Assembly: GCA_015257795.3 (NCBI GenBank)
Contig: CP072208.2
Span: 510,001-542,000 of the forward strand
Direction of reading: 5' to 3'
Length of the DNA: 32,000 nt
Origin: Candidatus Nanogingivalaceae bacterium
Lineage (GTDB): Bacteria > Patescibacteriota > Saccharimonadia > Saccharimonadales > Saccharimonadaceae
Each line of letters begins with the position of its first letter. Within the stretch, counting starts at the first letter, position 1. The notes beneath the pieces are model-generated. The model was not told where the DNA came from and ran no database searches. It worked only from the letters and a program-made list of their open reading frames with translations. A program made the translations under genes and the position numbers. Shown here piece by piece: positions 8,773-16,733 of this stretch.

Positions 8773-8788
8773 TTTTTTAATATATAAT
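8760..8788 (+). promoter_or_regulatory. promoter TTGAAA-17-TATAAT for the 8823 gene
   Basis: TTGAAA at 8760-8765, TATAAT at 8783-8788. Its -35 abuts the folD -35. Confidence 0.7.
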
Positions 8789-8822
8789 CATTATAGAAAT
8801 TAATCAAAGAAAGGATTTTTAA

Positions 8823-9380
8823 ATGTATAATTATAATAGCGACTACTCATATGGATATAGAGGCTATAGTCACAGTGCAGAAACTGATGCTATTGCAGGA
8901 ATGTCTATTGCGTTCTTTTTGATTTTTGCGCTAATTGCTGCAGTTATAGGATATGTTATTAGCTCTCTCCTTTACATGCTAATCTTTAAAAAAGCCGGGA
9001 TCGATGCTAAAAAAGCTTGGATTCCTTTCTATAACCGCTGGATATTCTTCGAACTTGGTGGTCAAGAAGGCTGGAAATCTCTTTTGACTTTTATTCCTTA
9101 TGTTGGAATTATAATCTCGGCTATTTTTGCAATTTTGGCAGCTATCGAAATTAGTAAAAAGCTCGACAAATCACCTTACTGGGCTATCCTTTTCGCATTC
9201 GCATCTCCTATCTGGTTCTTGATTCTCGGCCTAGACAGCTCTCGCTGGAATGATGCAGCCGGAAAAGAAAGTCTTGCAAAAGGAACTATTCTTGGCTACA
9301 AAATCGTAGAAGAAGAAAAAACAGAAGGAGTAAAAGAAGAGAAAACTCCTGACACTAAAGAAGAAAAAACAGAAGAATAA
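8823..9380 (+). CDS. small membrane protein, DUF5684-like, with acidic EEK-rich tail
   Basis: 185 aa. The core FKKAG..KAWIPFYN...LGG....L.FIP resembles the DUF5684 family from memory. SD AAAGGA. Confidence 0.6.
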   Translation: MYNYNSDYSYGYRGYSHSAETDAIAGMSIAFFLIFALIAAVIGYVISSLLYMLIFKKAGIDAKKAWIPFYNRWIFFELGGQEGWKSLLTFIPYVGIIISAIFAILAAIEISKKLDKSPYWAILFAFASPIWFLILGLDSSRWNDAAGKESLAKGTILGYKIVEEEKTEGVKEEKTPDTKEEKTEE

Positions 9381-9394
9381 TTCTTTTAAATTCT

Positions 9395-9431
9395 AAAAAC
9401 GACATTCATAACTGAATGCCGTTTTTATTTT
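9395..9431. terminator. bidirectional terminator (8823 gene / murB)
   Basis: AAAACGACATTCA / TGAATGCCGTTTT hairpin with one mismatch, followed by T-runs. Confidence 0.7.
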
Positions 9432-9433
9432 TA

Positions 9434-10480
9434 TTAAATTTCCAGCGGTTCTTGTTCTATTTTTAAGCCAAATTTTTCAAAAACCCTATCTTGAATTAAT
9501 TTTCTTGCCTGCGCTAATTCATCATAGCTTTTAGCTGAAATATTAGTTAGAACTAAAGCACTTCCTGGATGAACTCTCATTCCAAAAAACTCTCTCCCTT
9601 TTAAACCTGACTGTTCAATCAACCAGCCTGTTGGAATTTTATATTCATTACCAACCTTGAAAATAGGGATTCCTGGATATTTTTTTCGAAAATCTTCTGC
9701 GATACTCTCAGTTATTTTAACGTTTTTAAAAAAACTGCCCGCGCTCGGGATTTCTTCTGGATCAGGGAGTTTTCTTGAACGAATTTCCACTACCGCTTCC
9801 ATCACATCCTTAGAAGTTAAATCTTCTTCTTTAATGCCTTTTTTCTTTAGTTCATGTTTTAAGGTCTCATATTTCGGATCCTCTGGCCGACCTTTCGAAA
9901 GTTCAAGATTTATTGAGATCACAAAATATTTATCTTTTTTATCTCTTTTAAAGATACTATCTCTATAAGAAAGTTGACATTCTTCTTTAGATAGAGTTTT
10001 AATCTCTTCCGTCTCGATTTCAAAAACTTCAACGCCTTTTAAAATATCAACAACCTCTTGACCGTAAGCGCCAACATTTTGAATAGGCAATGCACCAACC
10101 GTTCCTGGAATCATTGCCATAGCCTCACAACCACTTAAGTTTTTCGAAACTGCAAATCGCACGAATTCGTCCCAATTAACTCCCGAATTAACCTTAAATT
10201 CGATTTTTTTGTCATCTTCAAAAACTTGCTCAAAACCTAAAATTTCGTTTTTAATTACAATTCCAGGAAAAAACTTGCTTCGAACGATCGTGTTGCTTCC
10301 ACCGCCCAGAATAAAAAATGGAATATTTTCTTTTTTAAAAAAGTGCACCGCCGCAGAAAAATCCTCAACACTTTTCACAACCGTAAAGTATTTTGCTCGA
10401 CCATCAAGTTTCATTGTTGTAAATTTGCCAAAATTAACATCCTGGAAAATCTCTAAGTTTTCGAAAACTATATTTTTCAT
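9434..10480 (-). CDS. murB: UDP-N-acetylenolpyruvoylglucosamine reductase
   Basis: 348 aa. FAD-binding region ILGGGSNTIV and C-terminal SAGSFFKN motif. Confidence 0.9.
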   Translation of the reverse strand: MKNIVFENLEIFQDVNFGKFTTMKLDGRAKYFTVVKSVEDFSAAVHFFKKENIPFFILGGGSNTIVRSKFFPGIVIKNEILGFEQVFEDDKKIEFKVNSGVNWDEFVRFAVSKNLSGCEAMAMIPGTVGALPIQNVGAYGQEVVDILKGVEVFEIETEEIKTLSKEECQLSYRDSIFKRDKKDKYFVISINLELSKGRPEDPKYETLKHELKKKGIKEEDLTSKDVMEAVVEIRSRKLPDPEEIPSAGSFFKNVKITESIAEDFRKKYPGIPIFKVGNEYKIPTGWLIEQSGLKGREFFGMRVHPGSALVLTNISAKSYDELAQARKLIQDRVFEKFGLKIEQEPLEI

Positions 10481-10486
10481 ATTTTC

Positions 10487-10515
10487 ATTATAGCACAGCC
10501 CTTATTTTTGCCAAA
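10487..10515 (-). promoter_or_regulatory. murB promoter TTGGCA-16-TGcTATAAT; the -10 ends 6 nt before the ATG
   Basis: Reverse strand reads ...TTGGCAAAAATAAGGGCTGTGCTATAATGAAAATATG. Confidence 0.7.
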
Positions 10516-10516
10516 A

Positions 10517-10537
10517 TAAAAAACTCGCAAATGCGAG
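10517..10537 (-). terminator. terminator after tRNA-Arg(TCG)
   Basis: CTCGCA / TGCGAG hairpin followed by TTTTTT on the minus strand. Confidence 0.65.
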
Positions 10538-10543
10538 ATAATA

Positions 10544-10620
10544 TGGTACACCCGGCAAGATTCGAACTTGCAACCGCTTGGTTCGAAGCCAAGTACTCTA
10601 TCCAGTTGAGCTACGGGTGC
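10544..10620 (-). tRNA. tRNA-Arg (anticodon TCG), CCA encoded
   Basis: The reverse complement folds as GCACCCG..CTTGG CTTCGAA CCAAG..GCAAG TTCGAAT CTTGC CGGGTGT A CCA. Confidence 0.9.
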
Positions 10621-10630
10621 TTACTGTTAA

Positions 10631-10659
10631 ATTATACCATATTATTTTATTTTTGTGAA
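10631..10659 (-). promoter_or_regulatory. tRNA-Arg(TCG) promoter TTCACA-17-TGgTATAAT
   Basis: Read on the reverse strand; the -10 ends 10 nt before the tRNA 5' end. Confidence 0.6.
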
Positions 10660-10661
10660 GA

Positions 10662-12257
10662 CTATTTTGCAACAAATTTAAAAATTCTATACAACGGCTT
10701 TCCATCTATAGAGTTATTATAAAATTCTTCATTTGAAAGCTTATATTTATCAAAACTTGGAGCAGTATCTTCGTTATTGATATATTTTTCAATTACATAA
10801 AATTCTTTATTTTCTTTCAAAAACGACACATATTTTTCAATCTTAGGTGTAAAGTCCGAACGAATCATATCGCCAGATCCATAAATTGGCGCTTCACCAT
10901 AGAACCAAACTTTACTATCACCAGTCGAATATTGAGCTGCCGAATAATAAAGAAAATCTCCTACAGCTATTGTTGCATATCTATTCTCATTACGAATTTG
11001 TTCTATTCCTTGACGAATTTCTGTTATTTCACCATCATTTTTTGAAACTCCTCGCTGTAAATCAATTTGAAAAACCCCAATACTGTGCGAAATTGCAACC
11101 AGTATCCCCAGCAATAAACTCATAAAGATTTTCTTATTTTTATAATTATAATAGATCGCAACCGCCAAAGCTATCGAAATAAAAATCTCAGCCATCAACA
11201 AATATCTGTCTACAAAAATCGAGCTCAACGGTGGTAAGCTTGCAACGTACAACACTATAACCGGAATAATTGCAATACTCAAAATCAACTGAATATTTTT
11301 TTCGAAAACCTTATTTTTCAATTCCCTTTTTATAGCAAAAAATGCAATAACTATAATCGATACTGCCACAATCGAAAGCCAGCCATTTGTTTTATTCACA
11401 TCCAAGTAGAACAAAAAATTCGAAATCATATTTGGGATTGTTGAAAAATCTATAGCGGGAATCCAAAACTTTTCCTTAACGTAAGCTGTTTGCGCAATAA
11501 AAAATGGAATCCACGGTAGATATAAAATAGCAATGATTAAGTGCATCTTAAACCAGCTTTCACCAAAAAAATCATAAAAAATACTATTTTTCTGGTTCTT
11601 TCTGATTCTCAAGAATTGAAACCAAGTCTTTTTTCGCTCTAACTCTCTACGCCTACAAACCGAAAAACCTCTATAAATCCACAAAGAAACCGGAATAAGC
11701 CCGTAAAGATACTGTGTCCAAATCCCTAAACAAACCGCTAAAACATATATAAAACGCCATCGTTTAATTATTTTCGTATCATTTTTAGCCATCCAACCTT
11801 CGTAAAAAGCTCGTACCGCAACAACACCTAAAAACGTAACCATTGTATACATTCTAGCTTCTTGAGAATAACGAATCAGCATTGGAGAAATCGCCAAAAG
11901 CCCACTCGATATTAATGCTGTTTTCTTGTTAAAAAGTCGTTTAACTAATAAATAAGCCGCCAAAATTGTCAAAACGCCAAAAACTACCGACATACTTCTT
12001 AGGGCCAAATCGCTTTTACCAAAGAATAAACTCCAAATCTTCAAACAAAAATAATATAAAGGAGGATGAACATCAACAGATGTATAATGCCAAATGTCTG
12101 CAAAACTAAACCGAATTATATATGCCGAAAAAGCTTCATCAAACCAAATAGATGCTTTCGAAATCGTAGAAAAAACTATCGCTAAAAAACTAGAGAGAAT
12201 CACAAGCAATACAAAACTAGCACGCCATTTTCTTATTTTCGAAAAAATTTTACTCAT
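10662..12257 (-). CDS. GT-C fold glycosyltransferase, family 39 / ArnT-PMT-like
   Basis: 531 aa with more than 10 TM helices. First-loop FDEA motif (SIWFDEAFSAY) and a soluble C-terminal domain of about 130 aa. Confidence 0.8.
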   Translation of the reverse strand: MSKIFSKIRKWRASFVLLVILSSFLAIVFSTISKASIWFDEAFSAYIIRFSFADIWHYTSVDVHPPLYYFCLKIWSLFFGKSDLALRSMSVVFGVLTILAAYLLVKRLFNKKTALISSGLLAISPMLIRYSQEARMYTMVTFLGVVAVRAFYEGWMAKNDTKIIKRWRFIYVLAVCLGIWTQYLYGLIPVSLWIYRGFSVCRRRELERKKTWFQFLRIRKNQKNSIFYDFFGESWFKMHLIIAILYLPWIPFFIAQTAYVKEKFWIPAIDFSTIPNMISNFLFYLDVNKTNGWLSIVAVSIIVIAFFAIKRELKNKVFEKNIQLILSIAIIPVIVLYVASLPPLSSIFVDRYLLMAEIFISIALAVAIYYNYKNKKIFMSLLLGILVAISHSIGVFQIDLQRGVSKNDGEITEIRQGIEQIRNENRYATIAVGDFLYYSAAQYSTGDSKVWFYGEAPIYGSGDMIRSDFTPKIEKYVSFLKENKEFYVIEKYINNEDTAPSFDKYKLSNEEFYNNSIDGKPLYRIFKFVAK

Positions 12258-12266
12258 ACTACTTAT

Positions 12267-12296
12267 ATTATATCATGGAAAAATTATCGTATTCAA
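12267..12296 (-). promoter_or_regulatory. internal promoter TTGAAT-18-TGaTATAAT for the GT39 gene; the -10 ends 9 nt before the ATG
   Basis: Reverse strand, between the glyA stop (12300) and the GT39 ATG (12257). No SD. Confidence 0.6.
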
Positions 12297-12299
12297 ATT

Positions 12300-13571
12300 T
12301 TATAGATCGCTCGGCAACGGGAAAAGTCTTGCAAAATCAGCAACTTCTTTTTTAACTTTTGCGAGCTCTTTAGGGTTGTCACGATTTTCGATTGCAAATC
12401 TCATCCATTCGGCAATTCGCTCCATTTGTTCCTCTTTCATACCTCGAGAAGTTATTGCTGGAGTTCCTAGGCGGATTCCACTCGGCGTAAACATTGATAA
12501 CTTATCGTTAGGGATCGAATTAGCGTTTAGTGTTAATCCAATCTTATCCATCGCGCGTTCTGCCGCTTTGCCATCAATTCCAAAACTAGAATAAACATCA
12601 ACCAAAATTAAGTGATTCTTTGTCCCACCTGTAACAAGCTTAAATCCTCTTTTCGAAAGCTCTTCCGCTAGTTTTTTAGCATTTTTTACAACCTGATTAG
12701 CATAATTTTTAAATTCTGGTTGAAGAGCCTCATAAAATGAAACCGCTTTCGCTGCAATTGAGTGCATCTGCGGCCCGCCTTGCGTTCCTGGAAAAACACT
12801 TCTATCAATTAAAGTCGGCAGATTCTCAAGAGTTTTTTCTGGTTTTTTGAGCGGATTTCCCACTTTTCCGTTTGAGAGAATCATTCCTCCGCGTGGACCA
12901 CGCAGAGTTTTATGTGTCGTGGTTGTAACTACATTAAATCCATAGTCAAACGGGTTTTCAAGAACGCCGCCCGCAATTAGCCCAGCGATATGCGCCACAT
13001 CAGCCATTAACATTGCACCATATTTTTTACCAATTTTCGAAATTCGAGCATAATCTATTTCGCCAGGATATGCTGAAAATCCTACAAGGATAATTTTAGG
13101 TTTGTATTTTTCGGCCATTTCTTCAATTTGGTTGTAATTTATTTCACCATTTTCATCCAAACCATATCGTATAAAGTTATAGATTTTTCCACTTCTTGTG
13201 ACTGGTGAGCCATGTGTTAAATGACCACCTTGAGCTAAATCCATTCCAAGAACAGTGTCGCCGACCTCCAGCCAAGCATTATAAACTGCTTCATTTGCAT
13301 TTGCTCCACTATGAGGTTGAACATTTGCATGGTCGCATTTAAAAAGCTTTTTAGCACGTTCAATTGCTAAAGATTCAATAATATCTGTATTTTCCTGACC
13401 ACCATAATATCTTCTTCCGGGGTAGCCTTCAGAATATTTATTCGTTAAAACAGACCCGAGAGCTGCTAAAACCTCTCTCGAAACATAATTTTCGCTCGGG
13501 ATTAATTCTAACCCTTCTCGTTGGCGATATTCTTCACTTTCAATTGCGTCAAAAATTTTTTCATCAAACAT
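12300..13571 (-). CDS. glyA: serine hydroxymethyltransferase
   Basis: 423 aa. PLP-lysine motif TTTTHKTLRGPRGG. AAAGGAG SD. Confidence 0.95.
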   Translation of the reverse strand: MFDEKIFDAIESEEYRQREGLELIPSENYVSREVLAALGSVLTNKYSEGYPGRRYYGGQENTDIIESLAIERAKKLFKCDHANVQPHSGANANEAVYNAWLEVGDTVLGMDLAQGGHLTHGSPVTRSGKIYNFIRYGLDENGEINYNQIEEMAEKYKPKIILVGFSAYPGEIDYARISKIGKKYGAMLMADVAHIAGLIAGGVLENPFDYGFNVVTTTTHKTLRGPRGGMILSNGKVGNPLKKPEKTLENLPTLIDRSVFPGTQGGPQMHSIAAKAVSFYEALQPEFKNYANQVVKNAKKLAEELSKRGFKLVTGGTKNHLILVDVYSSFGIDGKAAERAMDKIGLTLNANSIPNDKLSMFTPSGIRLGTPAITSRGMKEEQMERIAEWMRFAIENRDNPKELAKVKKEVADFARLFPLPSDL

Positions 13572-13641
13572 AAAAATCTCCTTTTATTTAAAGCATTCCT
13601 AAATACAAAACCAGTATAAAATATCGCTATATCATTCTCAT

Positions 13642-13670
13642 ATTTTACCACAGTTAATATTTAAATACAA
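13642..13670 (-). promoter_or_regulatory. glyA promoter TTGTAT-17-TGgTAAAAT
   Basis: Reverse strand; leader of about 65-70 nt containing the SD. Confidence 0.6.
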
Positions 13671-13685
13671 AATCTTAAAAAATAC

Positions 13686-13715
13686 TTGCGTTTTTTATAT
13701 CATAAGTAGTATAAT
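13686..13715 (+). promoter_or_regulatory. promoter TTGCGT-18-TATAAT; the -10 ends 6 nt before the ATG at 13722
   Basis: TATAAT at 13710-13715, then TCTATT, then ATG. No SD. Confidence 0.65.
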
Positions 13716-13721
13716 TCTATT

Positions 13722-15251
13722 ATGAATAATGAAAAATCCTACCTAGAAAAAATCGGTCAGTTAATTCAAGAATATCGGCTTCACCAAAATCTAACCCAAG
13801 CTGAATTAGCTGAAAAAATTGGTACATCGCAAAGCGCAATAAATCGCATCGAGAGCGGTAAACAAAATATTACCGTTGAAATGCTTGCACGTATTTCAGA
13901 GGAACTTTCTAGCGAAATTATATCTGTTAATTCCCAGAAAAAAACCAATTTTCGAGTTCATGGTGGCCGTGAGCTTTCTGGAGAAATCGAAGTTAAAACT
14001 TCAAAAAATGCTGCAGTTGGATTACTTTGCGCCTCTCTCCTAAACAAAGGAAAAACCACTCTTCACCATGTTGCAAAAATCGAAGAAGTTAATAGGATCC
14101 TTGAAGTTTTAAATTCGATCGGCGTCAAAACAAAATGGTTAAATGATTCCAATGACCTAGAAATTATACCACCAAATGAATTAAATTTCGAAAATATGAA
14201 TATTGATTCAGCTAAGCGAACTCGCAGTATTTTAATGTTTTTTGGACCACTCCTACATCAATATTCCAACTTTCAAATTCCTTTTTCGGGTGGTTGCAAT
14301 CTCGGAACTAGAACTGTTGAGCCACATCTTGCTGGTCTTAAGCACTTTGGGGCAAATATCGTTGCAGAAACGGATTATTACGATGTCATAAATGAACCCA
14401 AAAAGGTTGAAAAAGCTATTCTTTTGACCGAACGCGGTGATACAACTACCGAAAATATCATTATGGCCGCTGCGCTTTCAGGCCAAAAAATCACTATTCG
14501 CAATGCTAGTCCAAACTATATGGTTCAAGATTTGTGCTTCTTTTTAGAAAAATTAGGTGTTAAAATTGAAGGAATCGGTACTACAACATTAGTAATTCAC
14601 GGGGTAGATAAAATAAACAAAGATGTTGAATATTATGTTAGCGAAGACCCGATTGAATCTATTACATTCGTTGCTGTTGCTCTAGTGACAAATTCAGAAA
14701 TTACTATTAAACGCGCACCTATTGAATTCAACGAACTCGAGCTCGCAACGCTCGAACAAATGGGTGCAAAATTTGAAATTAGCCCCGAATATCTTTCGAG
14801 AAATAAAAAAACTCGCTTAGTTGATATTACCGTTAAAAAATCAAAGCTACACGCCGCAAAAGACAAATTGCATGCACTACCTTTCCCTGGGATAAATATG
14901 GATAATTTACCTTTTCTAGGCCTAATTGCCACAGCCGCAGAAGGTAGAACCTTAGTTCACGACTGGAGCTACGAAAATCGCGCAATTTATTTTACGGAAC
15001 TTTCAAAGTTAAATGCTAGAATTGAGCTCGTTGACCCACACCGTGTTTACATATCCGGTCCGACAAAATGGAAACCAGCTGACATTATCGCTCCAAGTGC
15101 GCTTCGCCCAAGTGTTGTTGTTTTGATTGCAATGCTTGCCGCGCCAGGAATTTCAACTTTGCGCGACGTCTACAATATTAATCGCGGATATGAAGACTTT
15201 GCCGAACGATTAAATTCGCTTGGCGCAAAAATTGAAACTTTATTTTCATAA
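13722..15251 (+). CDS. murA: XRE-family HTH domain fused to UDP-N-acetylglucosamine 1-carboxyvinyltransferase
   Basis: 509 aa. Residues about 10-65 (LTQAELAEKIGTSQSAINRIESGKQNITVEML) form a classic HTH_3 domain. The rest is a full MurA fold including the active-site loop GGCNLGTRTVEPH with Cys retained. Confidence 0.85.
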   Translation: MNNEKSYLEKIGQLIQEYRLHQNLTQAELAEKIGTSQSAINRIESGKQNITVEMLARISEELSSEIISVNSQKKTNFRVHGGRELSGEIEVKTSKNAAVGLLCASLLNKGKTTLHHVAKIEEVNRILEVLNSIGVKTKWLNDSNDLEIIPPNELNFENMNIDSAKRTRSILMFFGPLLHQYSNFQIPFSGGCNLGTRTVEPHLAGLKHFGANIVAETDYYDVINEPKKVEKAILLTERGDTTTENIIMAAALSGQKITIRNASPNYMVQDLCFFLEKLGVKIEGIGTTTLVIHGVDKINKDVEYYVSEDPIESITFVAVALVTNSEITIKRAPIEFNELELATLEQMGAKFEISPEYLSRNKKTRLVDITVKKSKLHAAKDKLHALPFPGINMDNLPFLGLIATAAEGRTLVHDWSYENRAIYFTELSKLNARIELVDPHRVYISGPTKWKPADIIAPSALRPSVVVLIAMLAAPGISTLRDVYNINRGYEDFAERLNSLGAKIETLFS

Positions 15252-15257
15252 TTAAAT

Positions 15258-15281
15258 AACTCCCGACACTGGGAGTTTTTT
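15258..15281. terminator. terminator between convergent murA and the 133-aa gene
   Basis: AACTCCC / GGGAGTT hairpin followed by TTTTTT. Confidence 0.75.
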
Positions 15282-15282
15282 A

Positions 15283-15684
15283 TTAATCTAGAGAACACTT
15301 GTGCTTATTATAATATTCTCTAGCATTTCTACACATACGATTAACAGTCTCAGAGCTATAATTGTTTATATTTTCAAGTATATACTTCATAACTCTCAAA
15401 TTAAATTTAACCACCGAACTTTCACTTAACTCTTCACCATTTAGGATTTCAAAAATTGTCATGATCTCAATCTCCGTATCAATATTCTCCATCTCAGAGC
15501 TTTCTCTAAGTATGTCTTGAGCTGCTAAAATTAACGATGATTCAATAATTGTTAATATTTTAATATATTCTTTCTCTAGACTCTGAAAGCTTACGTGAAA
15601 AGAGAGGAATTCCTGAAAAGTATTAACAAATTTATCATGCATATTCTCAGTTAACCTAATATCTTCAAGGTTCATTTTGGCCAT
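15283..15684 (-). CDS. hypothetical acidic all-helical protein (133 aa)
   Basis: Strong SD AAGGAGGA, own promoter. No TM segment, no recognisable motif. Confidence 0.65.
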   Translation of the reverse strand: MAKMNLEDIRLTENMHDKFVNTFQEFLSFHVSFQSLEKEYIKILTIIESSLILAAQDILRESSEMENIDTEIEIMTIFEILNGEELSESSVVKFNLRVMKYILENINNYSSETVNRMCRNAREYYNKHKCSLD

Positions 15685-15716
15685 TTTTGTTCCTCCTTGG
15701 CAAAAAACTAGTCAAA

Positions 15717-15745
15717 ATTATACCATATTTTATATTTTTAGTCAA
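15717..15745 (-). promoter_or_regulatory. promoter TTGACT-17-TGgTATAAT for the 133-aa gene
   Basis: Read on the reverse strand. Confidence 0.7.
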
Positions 15746-15775
15746 ATAAAAAAGAGCTTTACGCTCAAATTTACT

Positions 15776-15853
15776 TGGGGCGAATGATGGGATTCGAACC
15801 CACGGCCTCCGGTGCCACAAACCAGCGCTCTAACCAACTGAGCTACATCCGCC
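15776..15853 (-). tRNA. tRNA-His (anticodon GTG) with encoded G-1 and CCA
   Basis: Reverse complement: G-1 + GCGGATG..CTGGT TTGTGGC ACCGG..TTCGAAT..CATTCGC C CCA. The G-1:C73 pair is typical of bacterial tRNA-His. Confidence 0.9.
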
Positions 15854-15865
15854 ATAGCTTTAACA

Positions 15866-15894
15866 ATTTTAACACACCCCCAGTTAAAAATCAA
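15866..15894 (-). promoter_or_regulatory. tRNA-His promoter TTGATT-17-TGtTAAAAT
   Basis: Read on the reverse strand, directly after the stop of the 163-aa gene. Confidence 0.6.
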
Positions 15895-15897
15895 GCT

Positions 15898-16389
15898 TTA
15901 AAATTTTGGTTTAATTTCTGGTTGAAAATTTTTTGTAATATTTTGCGTGGATTGTGAGATTCCAGAAGAGCCATAAAAACCAGCCATTCCCGACTGGGAA
16001 ACATTATCGAATCGATTTTCGCTATCCATTCCTTGTGCTTCCATTCTCATTCTAGTTGCTCGGTCGATTTGATCACCGGTAACCGTATTTTTTTGGCGAT
16101 TAGAGTTAAACATATAGTCATTATTTTCTCTTTCAATACGCTTTTGACGAATTTGATCAAGGGCTGTCATTGATGATTCCATTTTAGTTTTTTGCGCCAT
16201 TCTTAGTTGACCTAATTTCGAATCACCATAAGAACGAATTCTTGATTTACGATAATCGACTGCCTGACGCTGACTAAAACTTTGTGTGCTAGCAGCGCCA
16301 AAACGTCTACCAGATTGAGCTTTAGCGTAACCGCTAGAGTGAGCAACTTCTTCCAAGTTAGATTTCACGACATAATCATTCAGTTTCAT
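15898..16389 (-). CDS. hypothetical hydrophilic, basic, Q/S/R-rich protein (163 aa)
   Basis: No TM or signal peptide, low-complexity. Promoter -10 lies 6 nt from the ATG. Confidence 0.6.
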   Translation of the reverse strand: MKLNDYVVKSNLEEVAHSSGYAKAQSGRRFGAASTQSFSQRQAVDYRKSRIRSYGDSKLGQLRMAQKTKMESSMTALDQIRQKRIERENNDYMFNSNRQKNTVTGDQIDRATRMRMEAQGMDSENRFDNVSQSGMAGFYGSSGISQSTQNITKNFQPEIKPKF

Positions 16390-16395
16390 GTTATT

Positions 16396-16424
16396 ATATT
16401 AACATAAACATGTTATTTTTTCAA
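16396..16424 (-). promoter_or_regulatory. promoter TTGAAA-17-TGtTAATAT; the -10 ends 6 nt before the ATG at 16389
   Basis: Read on the reverse strand. No SD. Confidence 0.6.
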
Positions 16425-16431
16425 AAAAGTG

Positions 16432-16460
16432 TTGCTTTTATAGAAAATCTTTGTTATAAT
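16432..16460 (+). promoter_or_regulatory. tRNA-Gly promoter TTGCTT-17-TGtTATAAT
   Basis: The -10 ends 8 nt before the tRNA 5' end. Confidence 0.7.
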
Positions 16461-16468
16461 ATTTTTAT

Positions 16469-16543
16469 GCGGGCGTCGTATAACGGCTAATATACCTGCC
16501 TTCCAAGCAAGTGATGAGAGTTCGATTCTCTCCGCCCGCACCA
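16469..16543 (+). tRNA. tRNA-Gly (anticodon TCC), CCA encoded
   Basis: Acceptor GCGGGCG/CGCCCGC, anticodon loop CTTCCAA, 4-nt variable loop, T-arm GAGAG TTCGATT CTCTC. Confidence 0.9.
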
Positions 16544-16568
16544 TTTGATCTTTTTTGTTTTAGCATAA

Positions 16569-16591
16569 GCCTCCACTATCTGGAGGTTTTT
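16569..16591 (+). terminator. terminator after tRNA-Gly
   Basis: CCTCCA / TGGAGG hairpin followed by TTTTT. Confidence 0.75.
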
Positions 16592-16608
16592 GCTTTAAAA
16601 TAAACATA

Positions 16609-16637
16609 TGGACTTTTTTTAAAAAAATTGATATAAT
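16609..16637 (+). promoter_or_regulatory. promoter (weak -35 TGGACT, extended -10 TGaTATAAT) for tRNA-Arg(TCT) plus the methyltransferase
   Basis: TATAAT at 16632-16637, 12 nt before the tRNA 5' end. Confidence 0.55.
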
Positions 16638-16649
16638 TATTTTAGGTAC

Positions 16650-16726
16650 GCCCCCGTAGCTCAGTGGATTAGAGTAAGAGGTTTCTACCCTCCTGGCCGT
16701 AGGTTCGAGTCCTACCGGGGGTACCA
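16650..16726 (+). tRNA. tRNA-Arg (anticodon TCT), CCA encoded
   Basis: Acceptor GCCCCCG/CGGGGGT, anticodon loop TTTCTAC, T-arm GTAGG TTCGAGT CCTAC. Confidence 0.85.
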
Positions 16727-16733
16727 AGTTTTT

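Noticed and set aside
10501-10520. A second copy of the 3757-3782 palindrome motif (TTTTGCCAAAATAAA) upstream of murB
   Set aside because: It is only a partial match and not itself a good palindrome. It is explained as the -35 region (TTGGCA) of the murB promoter.
10531-10722. 63-aa ORF overlapping tRNA-Arg(TCG); likewise 15775-15957 over tRNA-His and 17193-17375 over tRNA-Lys
   Set aside because: Each is explained entirely by a well-folding tRNA gene on the same or the opposite strand.
12094-12594. 166-aa plus-strand ORF spanning the glyA / GT39 junction
   Set aside because: It is antisense to two confidently identified genes and crosses their intergenic promoter. It has no translation signals.
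13572-13641. Possible ZTP or THF riboswitch in the glyA leader (and upstream of folD)
   Set aside because: The leader is only about 65-70 nt and very AT-rich. It lacks the conserved GC-rich ZTP pseudoknot elements or THF motif segments as I recall them. folD appears leaderless. An Infernal scan would settle this.
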